64,000 nt of DNA from an uncultured Acidobacteriota bacterium (GCA_963700145.1 OY969474.1:4096001-4160000); one strand, 5' to 3'. Shown: positions 53,626 through 63,497, counted from the first letter of the stretch. A program made the numbers and translations. Notes: generated by a model not told the origin, from the sequence alone.

Positions 53626-54834
53626 TCAGCCGACCGCGGCCGGCCGCTCCCACAGCTCGCGCACCGCCTCGCGCACCCGGTGGCAGAGCGGCTGCGGCGT
53701 GTAGACGCGGTAGCGGTCGATGCGCGCCAGGTGGCGGATGAACTGCGAGGCCTCCTCCAGCGGCTCGAGCGCGCCGTCGAAGCGGCGCACCAGGACGCGG
53801 CTCTCGCCGAGCCGGTGGGAGTCCTTGGCGGAGTTCGAGACCAGCAGGTTGCCGGCGCCGAAGCGCTCGCGCAGCTCCGGCAGCAGCGCCTCGAAGCGGG
53901 CCTTCTCCTCCGGCGCCAGGTGCTCGCGGGTCTCGAAGGCGAGCGGGAAGGCGTCGCGCTCGACGACGGCGCGCGCGTGCACCGAGCCGGAGCGGCGCAT
54001 CCGCCAGAGCACCGCGACGTCGTCCTCGGCGAGGAAGCGCTCGGGGTCGGCCGGCCAGCGCACCCCCTCCTCGGCGAGCCAGGCGGTCAGGTGGAGCTCC
54101 AGCGCTTTGCCGGTCAGGTTGAAGTACACCTGCGTAAACATGTAGTAGCGCGCCATGACCAGCGCCTCGACCGCGTGGACGCCGCCCTCCTCGAGGCCGA
54201 TCCCCCACTCGCCGCTCGCCGGGTCCTCGACCGGGATCAGCGTGTCAAGCAGGCGCTCCAGGTCGTAGCTGCCGTAGCGGACGCCGCAGTAGAGGCTGTC
54301 GCGCAGCAGGTAATCCATCTTGTCGACGTCCATCTCGCCGGAGACGACCTGCGCGAGCAGGCGCTCGACCGGTCCCTCGCCGCCGGCGAGCAGGCGGGCG
54401 ACGTCGGCGGTCGCCAGGCCGCGGCCGTGCCGCGCGAAGATCTCCTCCATCTCGGGCAGCGCGAGGAGGCGCAGCGTCATCGCCTCGTGGTCGAGCCCGT
54501 GCTCGAAGAGCTCCTCGGCGGAGTGGCTGAACGGGGCGTGGCCGAGGTCGTGGAGGAGAGCGGCGGCGCGCACCAGGCGGCGCTCGCGCGCGTCGCGGGC
54601 GGCGGGCAGCAGTCCCTCCCCCTTGGCGGCGAGCGCGTCGTAGACCCGCCCGGCGAGATGCATGGCGCCGAGGACGTGGCTGAAGCGGCTGTGCTCGGCG
54701 CCGGGGAAGACGAGGAAGGTCAGGCCGAGCTGGTGGATCGAGCGCAGCCGCTGCACCGCGCGGCTCCCCACCAGCGCCGCCTCCAGCGGATCGGCGCGCA
54801 CGAAGCCGTGGACCGGATCGCGGAGGGAGAGCAC
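53626..54834 (-). CDS. HD-domain phosphohydrolase (COG1078/SAMHD1-like dNTPase family)
   Basis: RDPVHG, QRLRSIHQLG, HSRFSH, LLHDLGHAPFSH, DVDKMDYLLRD. Confidence 0.92.
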   Translation of the reverse strand: MLSLRDPVHGFVRADPLEAALVGSRAVQRLRSIHQLGLTFLVFPGAEHSRFSHVLGAMHLAGRVYDALAAKGEGLLPAARDARERRLVRAAALLHDLGHAPFSHSAEELFEHGLDHEAMTLRLLALPEMEEIFARHGRGLATADVARLLAGGEGPVERLLAQVVSGEMDVDKMDYLLRDSLYCGVRYGSYDLERLLDTLIPVEDPASGEWGIGLEEGGVHAVEALVMARYYMFTQVYFNLTGKALELHLTAWLAEEGVRWPADPERFLAEDDVAVLWRMRRSGSVHARAVVERDAFPLAFETREHLAPEEKARFEALLPELRERFGAGNLLVSNSAKDSHRLGESRVLVRRFDGALEPLEEASQFIRHLARIDRYRVYTPQPLCHRVREAVRELWERPAAVG

Positions 54835-54888
54835 GCGGGGAGTCTACCGGGGCGGCGGGCTGCCGCAGAGGCCGGTCGAGGGAGTGCC

Positions 54889-55098
54889 GGGAGCGCTTCC
54901 GCGGCCGCCGCGGCGAATCCCGCGGCGCCCGGCGGATTTCCCCCGCCCGCTGCAGCATGTCCCGCAACGCCCGCGGCATTATCCGCAAACGCCGTGGTGT
55001 GTACCGCCGCCGGAAAAATGTGTATCGCCGCCGCCGCGGCATTTCCCGGAACGCCCGCGGCATCTCCCCCGGCCGCCGCGGTATTTCCCCGAGGTGCC
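54889..55098. repeat. 10-unit imperfect tandem array with exact 21-bp period
   Basis: Units such as GCGGCATTTCCCGGAACGCCC, GCAGCATGTCCCGCAACGCCC, GCGGCATCTCCCCCGGCCGCC. Confidence 0.8.
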
Positions 55099-55280
55099 CT
55101 AGGAAGCGACTTCTCGCCCCGCAAGTGCCTTAGATCATGAGACTTGCCTACACGCGCCGGGGATCCGGGTGACCGGTGTTGGGCAGAGGTGGCGCCGCAG
55201 TCCTTCGGCCTGATCGCCGTCCGGCTCAAAGTCGTCGCCGCTCATCGGGTACGTCGAGGCCGCCGTCCCACCAGTCCTGA

Positions 55281-55433
55281 GCGCTTGCACGCCTCGCCCC
55301 GGCCAAGTGCATGGCGCCGAGTTCATGGCGTGGTGGCTGCGCACGGCGGCGCGGACAAGGTAAGTCAGGCGAAGCTCGTGGATGGAGCGTAGCGGCTGCA
55401 CCGCCCGGCTGCCATCGACACCGCTCCACAGGT
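55281..55433 (-). pseudogene. Decayed duplicate of the 5' part of the HD gene
   Basis: VQPLRSIHELRLTYLV...LGAMHLAG vs VQRLRSIHQLGLTFLV...LGAMHLAG; identical 14-mer TGCATGGCGCCGAG at 54659 and 55308. Confidence 0.8.
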
Positions 55434-55556
55434 GGCGCTGTTGTTACACTAGCCACTGCGGCCGAGGAACGGGACTTCGCTACTGGTCAAAGGCCGGAGA
55501 TACATGCCAACACGGATGGGTTCAGCCTATAGACAGCCACACGAGGCGGCACCTGC

Positions 55557-57128
55557 ATGCCAGTGACCGCTCGTACGATCCTCCGGAGACTGCTTACTAC
55601 TGGGTACTTCCCGCGAGAGCTTCCTCCTACCTTTTCCACGCGCCGCTACGGACTGATCGTGTCGCGCCTATGGAATTCCAGACCAGGTCCCTTTACTTCG
55701 ACTCGAACCACAGCGTCGCCCGCCAAGCACAGCCTGGTCCGCAGCGGACCGCTTCGCCGGCAACTGTCGATACCGAACCCAATCCTCTTCCCGCAGGCAT
55801 GCGATGAGGTCGCGAGTCATTGGGCGACCCTGGAGGCGGCGGCGATGGGGTCTCCATTTACCAGGAGCCGACCAGTCCTTCATAGTAAGGGCGCACGATG
55901 CTTTCTCCCGCTGGTTCCTCGCCAGGGTGATCTAGTTCCTTACAAGGCCGCCGCACGAGCCGGAGCGCGCGTATTAGTTTCCACCGATATCGCTAGATTC
56001 TATGCCTCCATCTATACTCATAGCGTGCCGTGGGCTTTGCACGGCAAGGCTCTTGCGAAGAAGAAGCAACGTGACTACTCGCTCCTAGGCAATCGATTGG
56101 ATAGAGCTCTTCGATTGATGTCGGCCGGCCAGACTATCGGCATTCCTATCGGCCCCGACATCTCCCTCGTAATCGCCGAGACCCTACTGGCGGATGTAGA
56201 CAGGCAGCTCTCGGCGCAGTTTCCTCATGTACAGTTTCTCCGCTACGTCGACGAGTATGAAATTGCCGCAAGGAACCACGAGGAAGCTCAGGCTGCCATT
56301 GCGCAACTCCAACAACTCTTAGCGGGCTTCGAGTTGGAGCTAAATGCGCTAAAGACCTCGCTTCAGACGCTCCCTTGCCGCATCGAACTCCCTTGGGTAT
56401 CTGATCTCCGCTCCCGAAGGATTCGAGCAGCAGTGCCGGCTCAAGCCACGGATCTTGTTGCACTGTTCGATGAGGCGTTCGCCTATGCGCAGAAGCAGCC
56501 AGAGGCACCGGTACTGCGCTACTTAATGGGCAGACTGAAGAATCAACGAGTCGAGCTGCAGAATTGGCGCCTCTACCAGAACCTTCTCCTGCAGTGCATG
56601 ACGGTTGAGCCTGCCACGATTCAGGGCGCGATGACGACTTTGCTTCCACATCTAGAGAACAACTTCGGACTTGAGCGGGGCGCTTTTCTGCGGACGCTGA
56701 ACGGCATCATTGAATACCATGGCCTGCTGGGCCATGGCAATGAGGTCTCTTGGGCTTTATGGAGTCTCATGACCTTGGACCTGAGGATATCGAGGTCGGC
56801 GGTTCGCGCGCTCGAAAAGATGACGGACCCTGCTGTTACCTTATTAGCACTGCATGCGGAGAGCTTAGGGTTGCTTGAGGACCCCCTCGATAAACAGAGT
56901 TGGGTTGCACTGGCAAAGAGAGAGTCTTTGTACGACGAGAACTGGTTGTTGGTGTACGAAGGCGTCAAGAAGGGTTGGTTGCCGACAAATTCGGCTTTCG
57001 TTGAAGCGGATCCTGGATTTGGCTTTCTTTGGCGCCAGGGCGTGGTCTTCTACGACACAGCCGCGATCTTACAACCGAAACCAACAGGAGTTCCGCCCAG
57101 CATCGGAATCGCTCCGAGTTTTTACTGA
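55557..57128 (+). CDS. UG/Abi-clade (defence-associated, DRT-like) reverse transcriptase with helical C-terminal region
   Basis: GYFPRELPP, RRQLSIPNP, DIARFYASIYTHSVPWALHGK, GIPIGP, RYVDE, LELNALKT; visibly lower GC than its flanks. Confidence 0.92.
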   Translation: MPVTARTILRRLLTTGYFPRELPPTFSTRRYGLIVSRLWNSRPGPFTSTRTTASPAKHSLVRSGPLRRQLSIPNPILFPQACDEVASHWATLEAAAMGSPFTRSRPVLHSKGARCFLPLVPRQGDLVPYKAAARAGARVLVSTDIARFYASIYTHSVPWALHGKALAKKKQRDYSLLGNRLDRALRLMSAGQTIGIPIGPDISLVIAETLLADVDRQLSAQFPHVQFLRYVDEYEIAARNHEEAQAAIAQLQQLLAGFELELNALKTSLQTLPCRIELPWVSDLRSRRIRAAVPAQATDLVALFDEAFAYAQKQPEAPVLRYLMGRLKNQRVELQNWRLYQNLLLQCMTVEPATIQGAMTTLLPHLENNFGLERGAFLRTLNGIIEYHGLLGHGNEVSWALWSLMTLDLRISRSAVRALEKMTDPAVTLLALHAESLGLLEDPLDKQSWVALAKRESLYDENWLLVYEGVKKGWLPTNSAFVEADPGFGFLWRQGVVFYDTAAILQPKPTGVPPSIGIAPSFY

Positions 57129-57265
57129 CAGCTGAGTGGCACTGGCGACTCGGTAACGGCCTCCAAGGAATCCAGAAGCTCGTCCCGCCTGATGCCAGAG
57201 GTGCTCAGCAAAGAGATCCGTTCCATTAAGCGGATTGCGGTCGCCGACCGTTGACCGGCCGAGAA

Positions 57266-57961
57266 TCAGTTCTGGTCGGACTTGCCGGCCAGGTGCCGGT
57301 AGGGGCTGAGGAGGTCGACGACCTGGCGGCGGCCGCGGAGGATGGCGAGGAGTGTCAAGGCGCGCTCGGGGACGGCCTCGGTCAGCAGGTGGAGCTTGCG
57401 CAGCACCGGCAGGTCGAGCTCGACGGCGATGCGGTTGACCGTCTCCTCGAAGCCGCAGCGGCCGGCCATGTCTTCGAGCTCCTCGCCACTGAGCGGGAAG
57501 CTCTCGCCGAGGTCCTCGGCGAGGGAGTGGGCGAGCGAGAGGACGGCGCCGCGCACCACCTGAAGCCCGGCGTCCTCCTCGTTGAGCGGGGGATCGAAGA
57601 CCGGGCGCACCACGCCGTGCCGCACCGGCTCCCCTCCGGCCTCGGCGGTGACCTGGAAGCGGAACTCGCCGTAGAGCAGGACGTTGATGCGGCCGTTGGC
57701 GAGGAACTCGACGTCCTCGAGGCGCCCCGCGGTGCCGCCGGGGAAGATCTCCGGCGGGTCGCTCGCCACCCGGCCCTGCGGCGGCTTGAGCAGCACGATC
57801 CCGACGCGCCGCGACTCCTCGTCGCCGTCCACCAGCTCGCGCAGCAGGCGGCGGTAGCGCGGCTCCTCGATGTGCAGCCGCAGGTGCGTGCGCGGGAAGT
57901 GGACGACGTCGGGCAGCGGGAACAGCGGGAGGCGGGTGCCGGCGCTCGGGACCTCGCTCAT
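57266..57961 (-). CDS. Lon protease N-terminal substrate-binding domain protein
   Basis: LPLFPLPDVVHFP...LHI.EPRYR.L motif; GGAGG RBS. Confidence 0.88.
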   Translation of the reverse strand: MSEVPSAGTRLPLFPLPDVVHFPRTHLRLHIEEPRYRRLLRELVDGDEESRRVGIVLLKPPQGRVASDPPEIFPGGTAGRLEDVEFLANGRINVLLYGEFRFQVTAEAGGEPVRHGVVRPVFDPPLNEEDAGLQVVRGAVLSLAHSLAEDLGESFPLSGEELEDMAGRCGFEETVNRIAVELDLPVLRKLHLLTEAVPERALTLLAILRGRRQVVDLLSPYRHLAGKSDQN

Positions 57962-57995
57962 GGACCTCCAACATAGCAGGCGACATGCCAGGAGC

Positions 57996-58880
57996 GTGAG
58001 ACAATCCGCGGCCGTGCGTCGCACCGCCGTAGCCGCCGCCCTGCTCCTCGCGATCGCCGCTCCGGCCGCCGCCGACGACTTCGACGCGGCGATGGCGAGC
58101 GGCGCGGCGGCGTGGACCCGCCGCGCCCAGGGGCACCGCGGCAGCCGCGCCCAGCCAGCGGCGATCGAGCAGGCCGTCGCCGCCTACGAGCGGGCGGTGG
58201 CGGCCCGTCCCGGCGACGTCGCCGCCCGCTCGCGCCTGCTCCAGGCCCTCCACTTTCGCGGCGAGCACGCCGCCCCCGACCGCGACGCCCGGCGCCGCGC
58301 CTTCGAGCGCGGCCGCGAGATCGCCGAGGCCGGGCTCGACCGCCTCGCCGTCCCGTCGGGAGGGCGTGCGCGCCTCGACAAGATGACGCCGGCCGCCGCG
58401 GCCCACGCGCTCGCCGGCACCGCCGGCGCCGCCGACCTCCATCTCTGGGCGGCGGTCCACTGGGGGCTCTGGGGGGACGCCTTCGGCCGCCTCGCCGCGG
58501 CGCGCCAGGGGGTGGGCGACAAGGTGCGCCGCTACGCGGAGATCGTCGTCGCGCTCGACGAGCGGCACGAGGCCGGCGGCGGCCACCGCGTTCTCGGCCG
58601 CCTCCACGCGCTGGCGCCGAAGGTGCCGCTGGTCACCGGCTGGGTGGACCGCGAGAAGGCGGTCGCGCACCTGCGGCGGGCGGTGGCGCTGGGCCCCGAG
58701 GAGCCGTACAACCAGCTCTTCCTCGCCGAGGCGCTGCTCGAGCACCAGCCGGCGAAGAAGGCCGAGGCCGTCGCCATCCTCCGCCGACTGGTCCAGGCGC
58801 CGCCGCCCGCCGACCGCGCCGTCGAGGTCGAAAAGGTGCGCGAGGACGCCCGCGCGCTGCTGCAGCAGCACGGAGGTTAG
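57996..58880 (+). CDS. Exported TPR (TatT-like) protein
   Basis: Signal peptide, HWGLWG, HRVLGRLH..AP..P, TPR helices. Confidence 0.7.
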   Translation: MRQSAAVRRTAVAAALLLAIAAPAAADDFDAAMASGAAAWTRRAQGHRGSRAQPAAIEQAVAAYERAVAARPGDVAARSRLLQALHFRGEHAAPDRDARRRAFERGREIAEAGLDRLAVPSGGRARLDKMTPAAAAHALAGTAGAADLHLWAAVHWGLWGDAFGRLAAARQGVGDKVRRYAEIVVALDERHEAGGGHRVLGRLHALAPKVPLVTGWVDREKAVAHLRRAVALGPEEPYNQLFLAEALLEHQPAKKAEAVAILRRLVQAPPPADRAVEVEKVREDARALLQQHGG

Positions 58881-58882
58881 GA

Positions 58883-59896
58883 ATGCTCGCCCTGCTCGTC
58901 CTCCTCATGGCCACGCCGCCGGAGGCGCCGACCGAGATCACGCTCACCCCTCCCGCCGCGGCGCCGGTCGAGGCGCCCACCGCGCCCGCGGCCTTGCCGG
59001 TCGAAGAGCTGCGCGCCCGCTTCGCCGCCCTGCTCAGCGCGGCCCGCGCCGCGACCGGGCTGGCGCCCCTGGCGCCCGATCCCGCCCTCGACCAGGTGGC
59101 CCAGCGCCACGCCGACGACATGGCCGCGCAGGGCTACTTCGGCTTCACCAGCCCAACCGGCGGCAACGTGGACCAGTGGGTGAACGAGGCCGGCTATCTC
59201 GCGGCGCTGGTCGGCGAGAAGCTGGCGCAGGCCCCGCTCGCCCGCACCGCCGAAGAGCTCGTCGCGGGCTGGGACGCGGAGCGGGAGAAGAACGCCGGGA
59301 GCCTCTTCCACCCCGAAGCGCGCCACCTCGGCGTCGGCATCGCCGCGCGCGGCGAGCAGGTCACCTACGCCCTGGTCCTGGGACGCGCGGCGGGCGAAGC
59401 GGCGGCCAGCGCGTTGGACGCCAGGCTCGCCGACCGCGCGCCGGCGCGGGCGGAGTACCTGGCGCGGGTCAACTCGATCCGGACCGAACTGGGCCTCCTG
59501 CCGCTGCAGCACGATCCGGCGCTCGACCGGCCGGCGCAGGAGCACGCCGACGCCCTGCTCGCCGCCCTGCGGCGCGGCGATGCGCCGGAGTCGATCGAGC
59601 GCCTCGCCGACCGCGTGCAGGCGGCGCAGGCGGGCATCGGCAGCTATCGCGGCGTCGAGCGCGACACGTACTGGGGCGTCGGCAAGGGGCGCATCGAGCC
59701 GAAGATGGCCTCGCTCGGCAGCAGCATCGTGCTCGACGCCGCCTCGGCGACCGACGCGGTCGCGGCCACCTTCGCCCTGGAGCCGACGCCCGACCTGCGC
59801 GAGGCGGGCTACCGCCGCCTCGGCCTCGGCGTCGCCCACGGCGAGGTGGCCGGCCGCCCGCGCACCGTCTGGGTGGCGGTCCTGCTGCGCCGCTAG
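58883..59896 (+). CDS. CAP/SCP domain protein (two CAP-like repeats)
   Basis: R...GL.PL..DPALD..AQ.HA.DM motif twice, LGVG. Confidence 0.85.
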   Translation: MLALLVLLMATPPEAPTEITLTPPAAAPVEAPTAPAALPVEELRARFAALLSAARAATGLAPLAPDPALDQVAQRHADDMAAQGYFGFTSPTGGNVDQWVNEAGYLAALVGEKLAQAPLARTAEELVAGWDAEREKNAGSLFHPEARHLGVGIAARGEQVTYALVLGRAAGEAAASALDARLADRAPARAEYLARVNSIRTELGLLPLQHDPALDRPAQEHADALLAALRRGDAPESIERLADRVQAAQAGIGSYRGVERDTYWGVGKGRIEPKMASLGSSIVLDAASATDAVAATFALEPTPDLREAGYRRLGLGVAHGEVAGRPRTVWVAVLLRR

Positions 59897-59905
59897 GGCC
59901 GCGCC

Positions 59906-60667
59906 TCAGGGCACCGGCAGCGCCGGCAGCGGCGGCAGCGGCTGGGCGGAGACGGCCTGCGAGACCGCCATCGCCTGCGCCAGGACGACGGCGGCGAGGA
60001 GCGTCGCGCCGGCGAGCGCCGGGACGCGGAAGCGCCGCGGCAGGAACGGCGCGGCGGCGAAGAGCACCGCCGCCGCGGCCTGTGTGAAAACGCTCCCCGC
60101 CGCCCAGAGCGGACCGCTCACTTCAGGCGGCAGGAGCCAGGTGTAGAGCGCCACCGCCGCGCCGGCGGCGGGCGCGGCGAGCGGGCGGTGCGGCACCGCG
60201 ATCTCGCCGGCGCCGAGCGCGACGAGCAGGCGCGCGGCCGCGGCGAGCGCTACCGCGGCGACACCGCCGGCCGGCCCTTCTCCCACCCGCAGCAGCTCGC
60301 CGGTCCAGCAGGCGGCAGCGAGGAGCGCCGCGCCGAAGACGCCCTGGATGCGCCAGGCCGCCGGCGGCAGCCGCCGCCAGCCGAGGAGCGCGAGGAGATC
60401 CACCGCCAGGAGCGCCGGGAGGAGCACCGCGAGGGCCCGTCCGCCCCGCCCGGCGAGGAGCGGCAGGAGGCCGGCGGCGAGCGCGGCGTCGGGGTGGAGG
60501 CGGGCATGGAGGAGCGCGGCGAGCGCGCCGCCGAGAAGCAGCGGCAGCGCGACCAGACGCCAGCGCTCGCGCGCCGCCGGATCGCCGGCCGCGCTCCAGG
60601 GCGCCATGGCGTGCGCGCCGAGCGCCGCCAGGAGGAGGGCCAGGAGGAGCGGGTCGAGGACGCTCAC
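59906..60667 (-). CDS. Hypothetical integral membrane protein
   Basis: Many hydrophobic segments; GTGA overlap with the folK stop. Confidence 0.65.
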   Translation of the reverse strand: MSVLDPLLLALLLAALGAHAMAPWSAAGDPAARERWRLVALPLLLGGALAALLHARLHPDAALAAGLLPLLAGRGGRALAVLLPALLAVDLLALLGWRRLPPAAWRIQGVFGAALLAAACWTGELLRVGEGPAGGVAAVALAAAARLLVALGAGEIAVPHRPLAAPAAGAAVALYTWLLPPEVSGPLWAAGSVFTQAAAAVLFAAAPFLPRRFRVPALAGATLLAAVVLAQAMAVSQAVSAQPLPPLPALPVP

Positions 60668-61212
60668 TCCGGCCGCCAGCTTTCCCCCGTCCAGGTCCCC
60701 ACCCGCTCCACCCGCTCCCCGGGCGGCAGGCGTGCCAGCAGCTCGGCCACGCGCGCGCCGTCGGGCGGCACCGCCAGCTCCGGCGCGATCGCCGCCAGCG
60801 GCGCCAGCGCGAAGCGCCGCTCGCGCAGGCGCGGATGGGGGAGCACGAGCTCGGGAGAGGCGGAGAGCGCGGCGCCGCAGAGGAGGAGGTCGACGTCGAG
60901 CGGCCGCGCGGTGTGGCGCGGGCCGGCGCGCCGGCCCGCCGCGCGCTCGAGGGCCTTGGCGATCGCCAGGAGCGCGGCGGGCGGCAGCGCGGTGCGGGCG
61001 AGGACGGCGGTGTTGAGGAAGTCGGGTTGCGGCGCGCCGCCGGCGGGGACGACGGCGGCGGTGCGGTAGAGCGGGGCGACGGTCAGCGGCCCGAGCGTCG
61101 CGGCGAGGCGGGCGAGGGCGCGGCGGAGGGTGTCTTCGACCGGCCCCTCGTTGCCTCCCAGCCCGAAGGCGGCGAGGCCGGCGTCGCCCTCCGGCTCCTC
61201 ACTCCTCGTCGT
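60664..61212 (-). CDS. folK: 2-amino-4-hydroxy-6-hydroxymethyldihydropteridine diphosphokinase; start codon non-canonical or uncertain
   Basis: Manually read frame: [44 protein letters not shown]. Confidence 0.85.
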   Translation of the reverse strand, partial: TTRSEEPEGDAGLAAFGLGGNEGPVEDTLRRALARLAATLGPLTVAPLYRTAAVVPAGGAPQPDFLNTAVLARTALPPAALLAIAKALERAAGRRAGPRHTARPLDVDLLLCGAALSASPELVLPHPRLRERRFALAPLAAIAPELAVPPDGARVAELLARLPPGERVERVGTWTGESWRPE

Positions 61213-61516
61213 CGACCTCCTCCTCTTCCGCCTCTTCGACGACGGGCGTGCCGAGGTCGGCCCCTTCGAGCTCGGCCTCCAGGACCTCCATGGTCTCGGT
61301 GCTCTCCTCCTCCTCCTCGACCGGGACGCGCACCACCTCCACCTTTTTCTTCCGCCGCGCCGCCTGGGTGGCGGCCGCCGACTCCTGGTGCGCCGCGTCC
61401 TTCTGGTCGGCGCCGCACTTCGGGCAGAGGGCGCTCGACTTGCCCAAGTCGTAGAACTTGGTGCCGCAACGGAAGCACTCGAACTTGTTTCCCAGCTTCA
61501 GCTCAGCCATCGCCAT
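61199..61516 (-). CDS. FYDLN acid domain protein (TIGR02300-like)
   Basis: LG.K..C..CG.KFYDL...CPKCG plus acidic tail. Confidence 0.9.
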   Translation of the reverse strand: MAMAELKLGNKFECFRCGTKFYDLGKSSALCPKCGADQKDAAHQESAAATQAARRKKKVEVVRVPVEEEEESTETMEVLEAELEGADLGTPVVEEAEEEEVDDEE

Positions 61517-61632
61517 CGCTGCCCTCCGGTTCCGCGAAAATCGGTCGGCGAAGGTAACACCCGCCCCCTGGGCTGTCAACGCGCGGCGCCCTGCGGTACG
61601 ATGCCCGTTCCGTCCGCAGGAGCCCCCACGCC

Positions 61633-62375
61633 ATGAGACGTCTCCACTCGCTGTCTTCCGCCCCCGCTCTGGCGCTGCTCGCGCTGCTCGCGATCCTGTC
61701 GCCCGCCGCGGCGCAGGGCGGGAAGACGATCCCCGATCCGCGCGCCCCCGGGCTCCCGGCCGACCAGCGCCTCAAGACGCTGATCGACCGCGTCAAGCTC
61801 GAGCAGAAGAAGCTGCGCACCCTCGAGGCGCGGTTCGTCCAGCGCCAGGAGAGCTCGATGCTCCTCCAGCCCGAGGAATCGCAGGGCACCTTCTCCTACG
61901 CCGCGCCCGACCGGGTGCGCTGGGAGTACACCTCGCCGAACCCGATCTCGATCGTCATCCAGGGCGACCAGATGACGACCTGGTACCGCGACCTCAACCG
62001 CGCCGACAAGCTGAAGGTCGGCCGCTACTCGAACCGGGTCTTCGAGTACCTCGGCGCCAAGGGCTCGATGGACCAGCTCAAGGAGTACTTCACCGTCTAC
62101 CTCACCACCCCGGGCAAGCGCGGCAACCCGTTCAAGCTCCGCCTCGACCCGCGCTTCGCGCGCATCAAGAAGCGCATCAAGCAGATGGAGATCTGGATCG
62201 ACGACTCCACCTACCTGCCGGTGCGGCTGCGCTACGTCGAGGCCGACGGCGACGTCACCGAGTACGAGTTCCGCGACGTCAAGATCAACGCCGAGATCCC
62301 GCCCGAGCGCTTCGTGCTCAAGCTGCCCAAGGGCGTGCAGGTGCGGACGATCGAGGTGGGGCGGGAGTCCAAGGG

Positions 62376-62379
<4 letters not shown>
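61633..62379 (+). CDS. lolA: Outer-membrane lipoprotein carrier LolA-like
   Basis: Signal peptide, A.F.Q, P..VRWEY..P, F.L.LP motifs. Confidence 0.8.

Positions 62380-63493
<1,114 letters not shown>

Positions 63494-63497
<4 letters not shown>

Noticed and set aside
54889-55098. Possible CRISPR array or DGR template repeat beside the RT
   Set aside because: No repeat-spacer alternation; the RT lacks DGR-type motifs; the HD duplicate differs by indels and non-adenine-specific changes
55557-57128. Group II intron or classical retron RT
   Set aside because: No YADD/maturase features or intron domain V seen, no VTG retron motif; the motifs fit the UG/Abi clade
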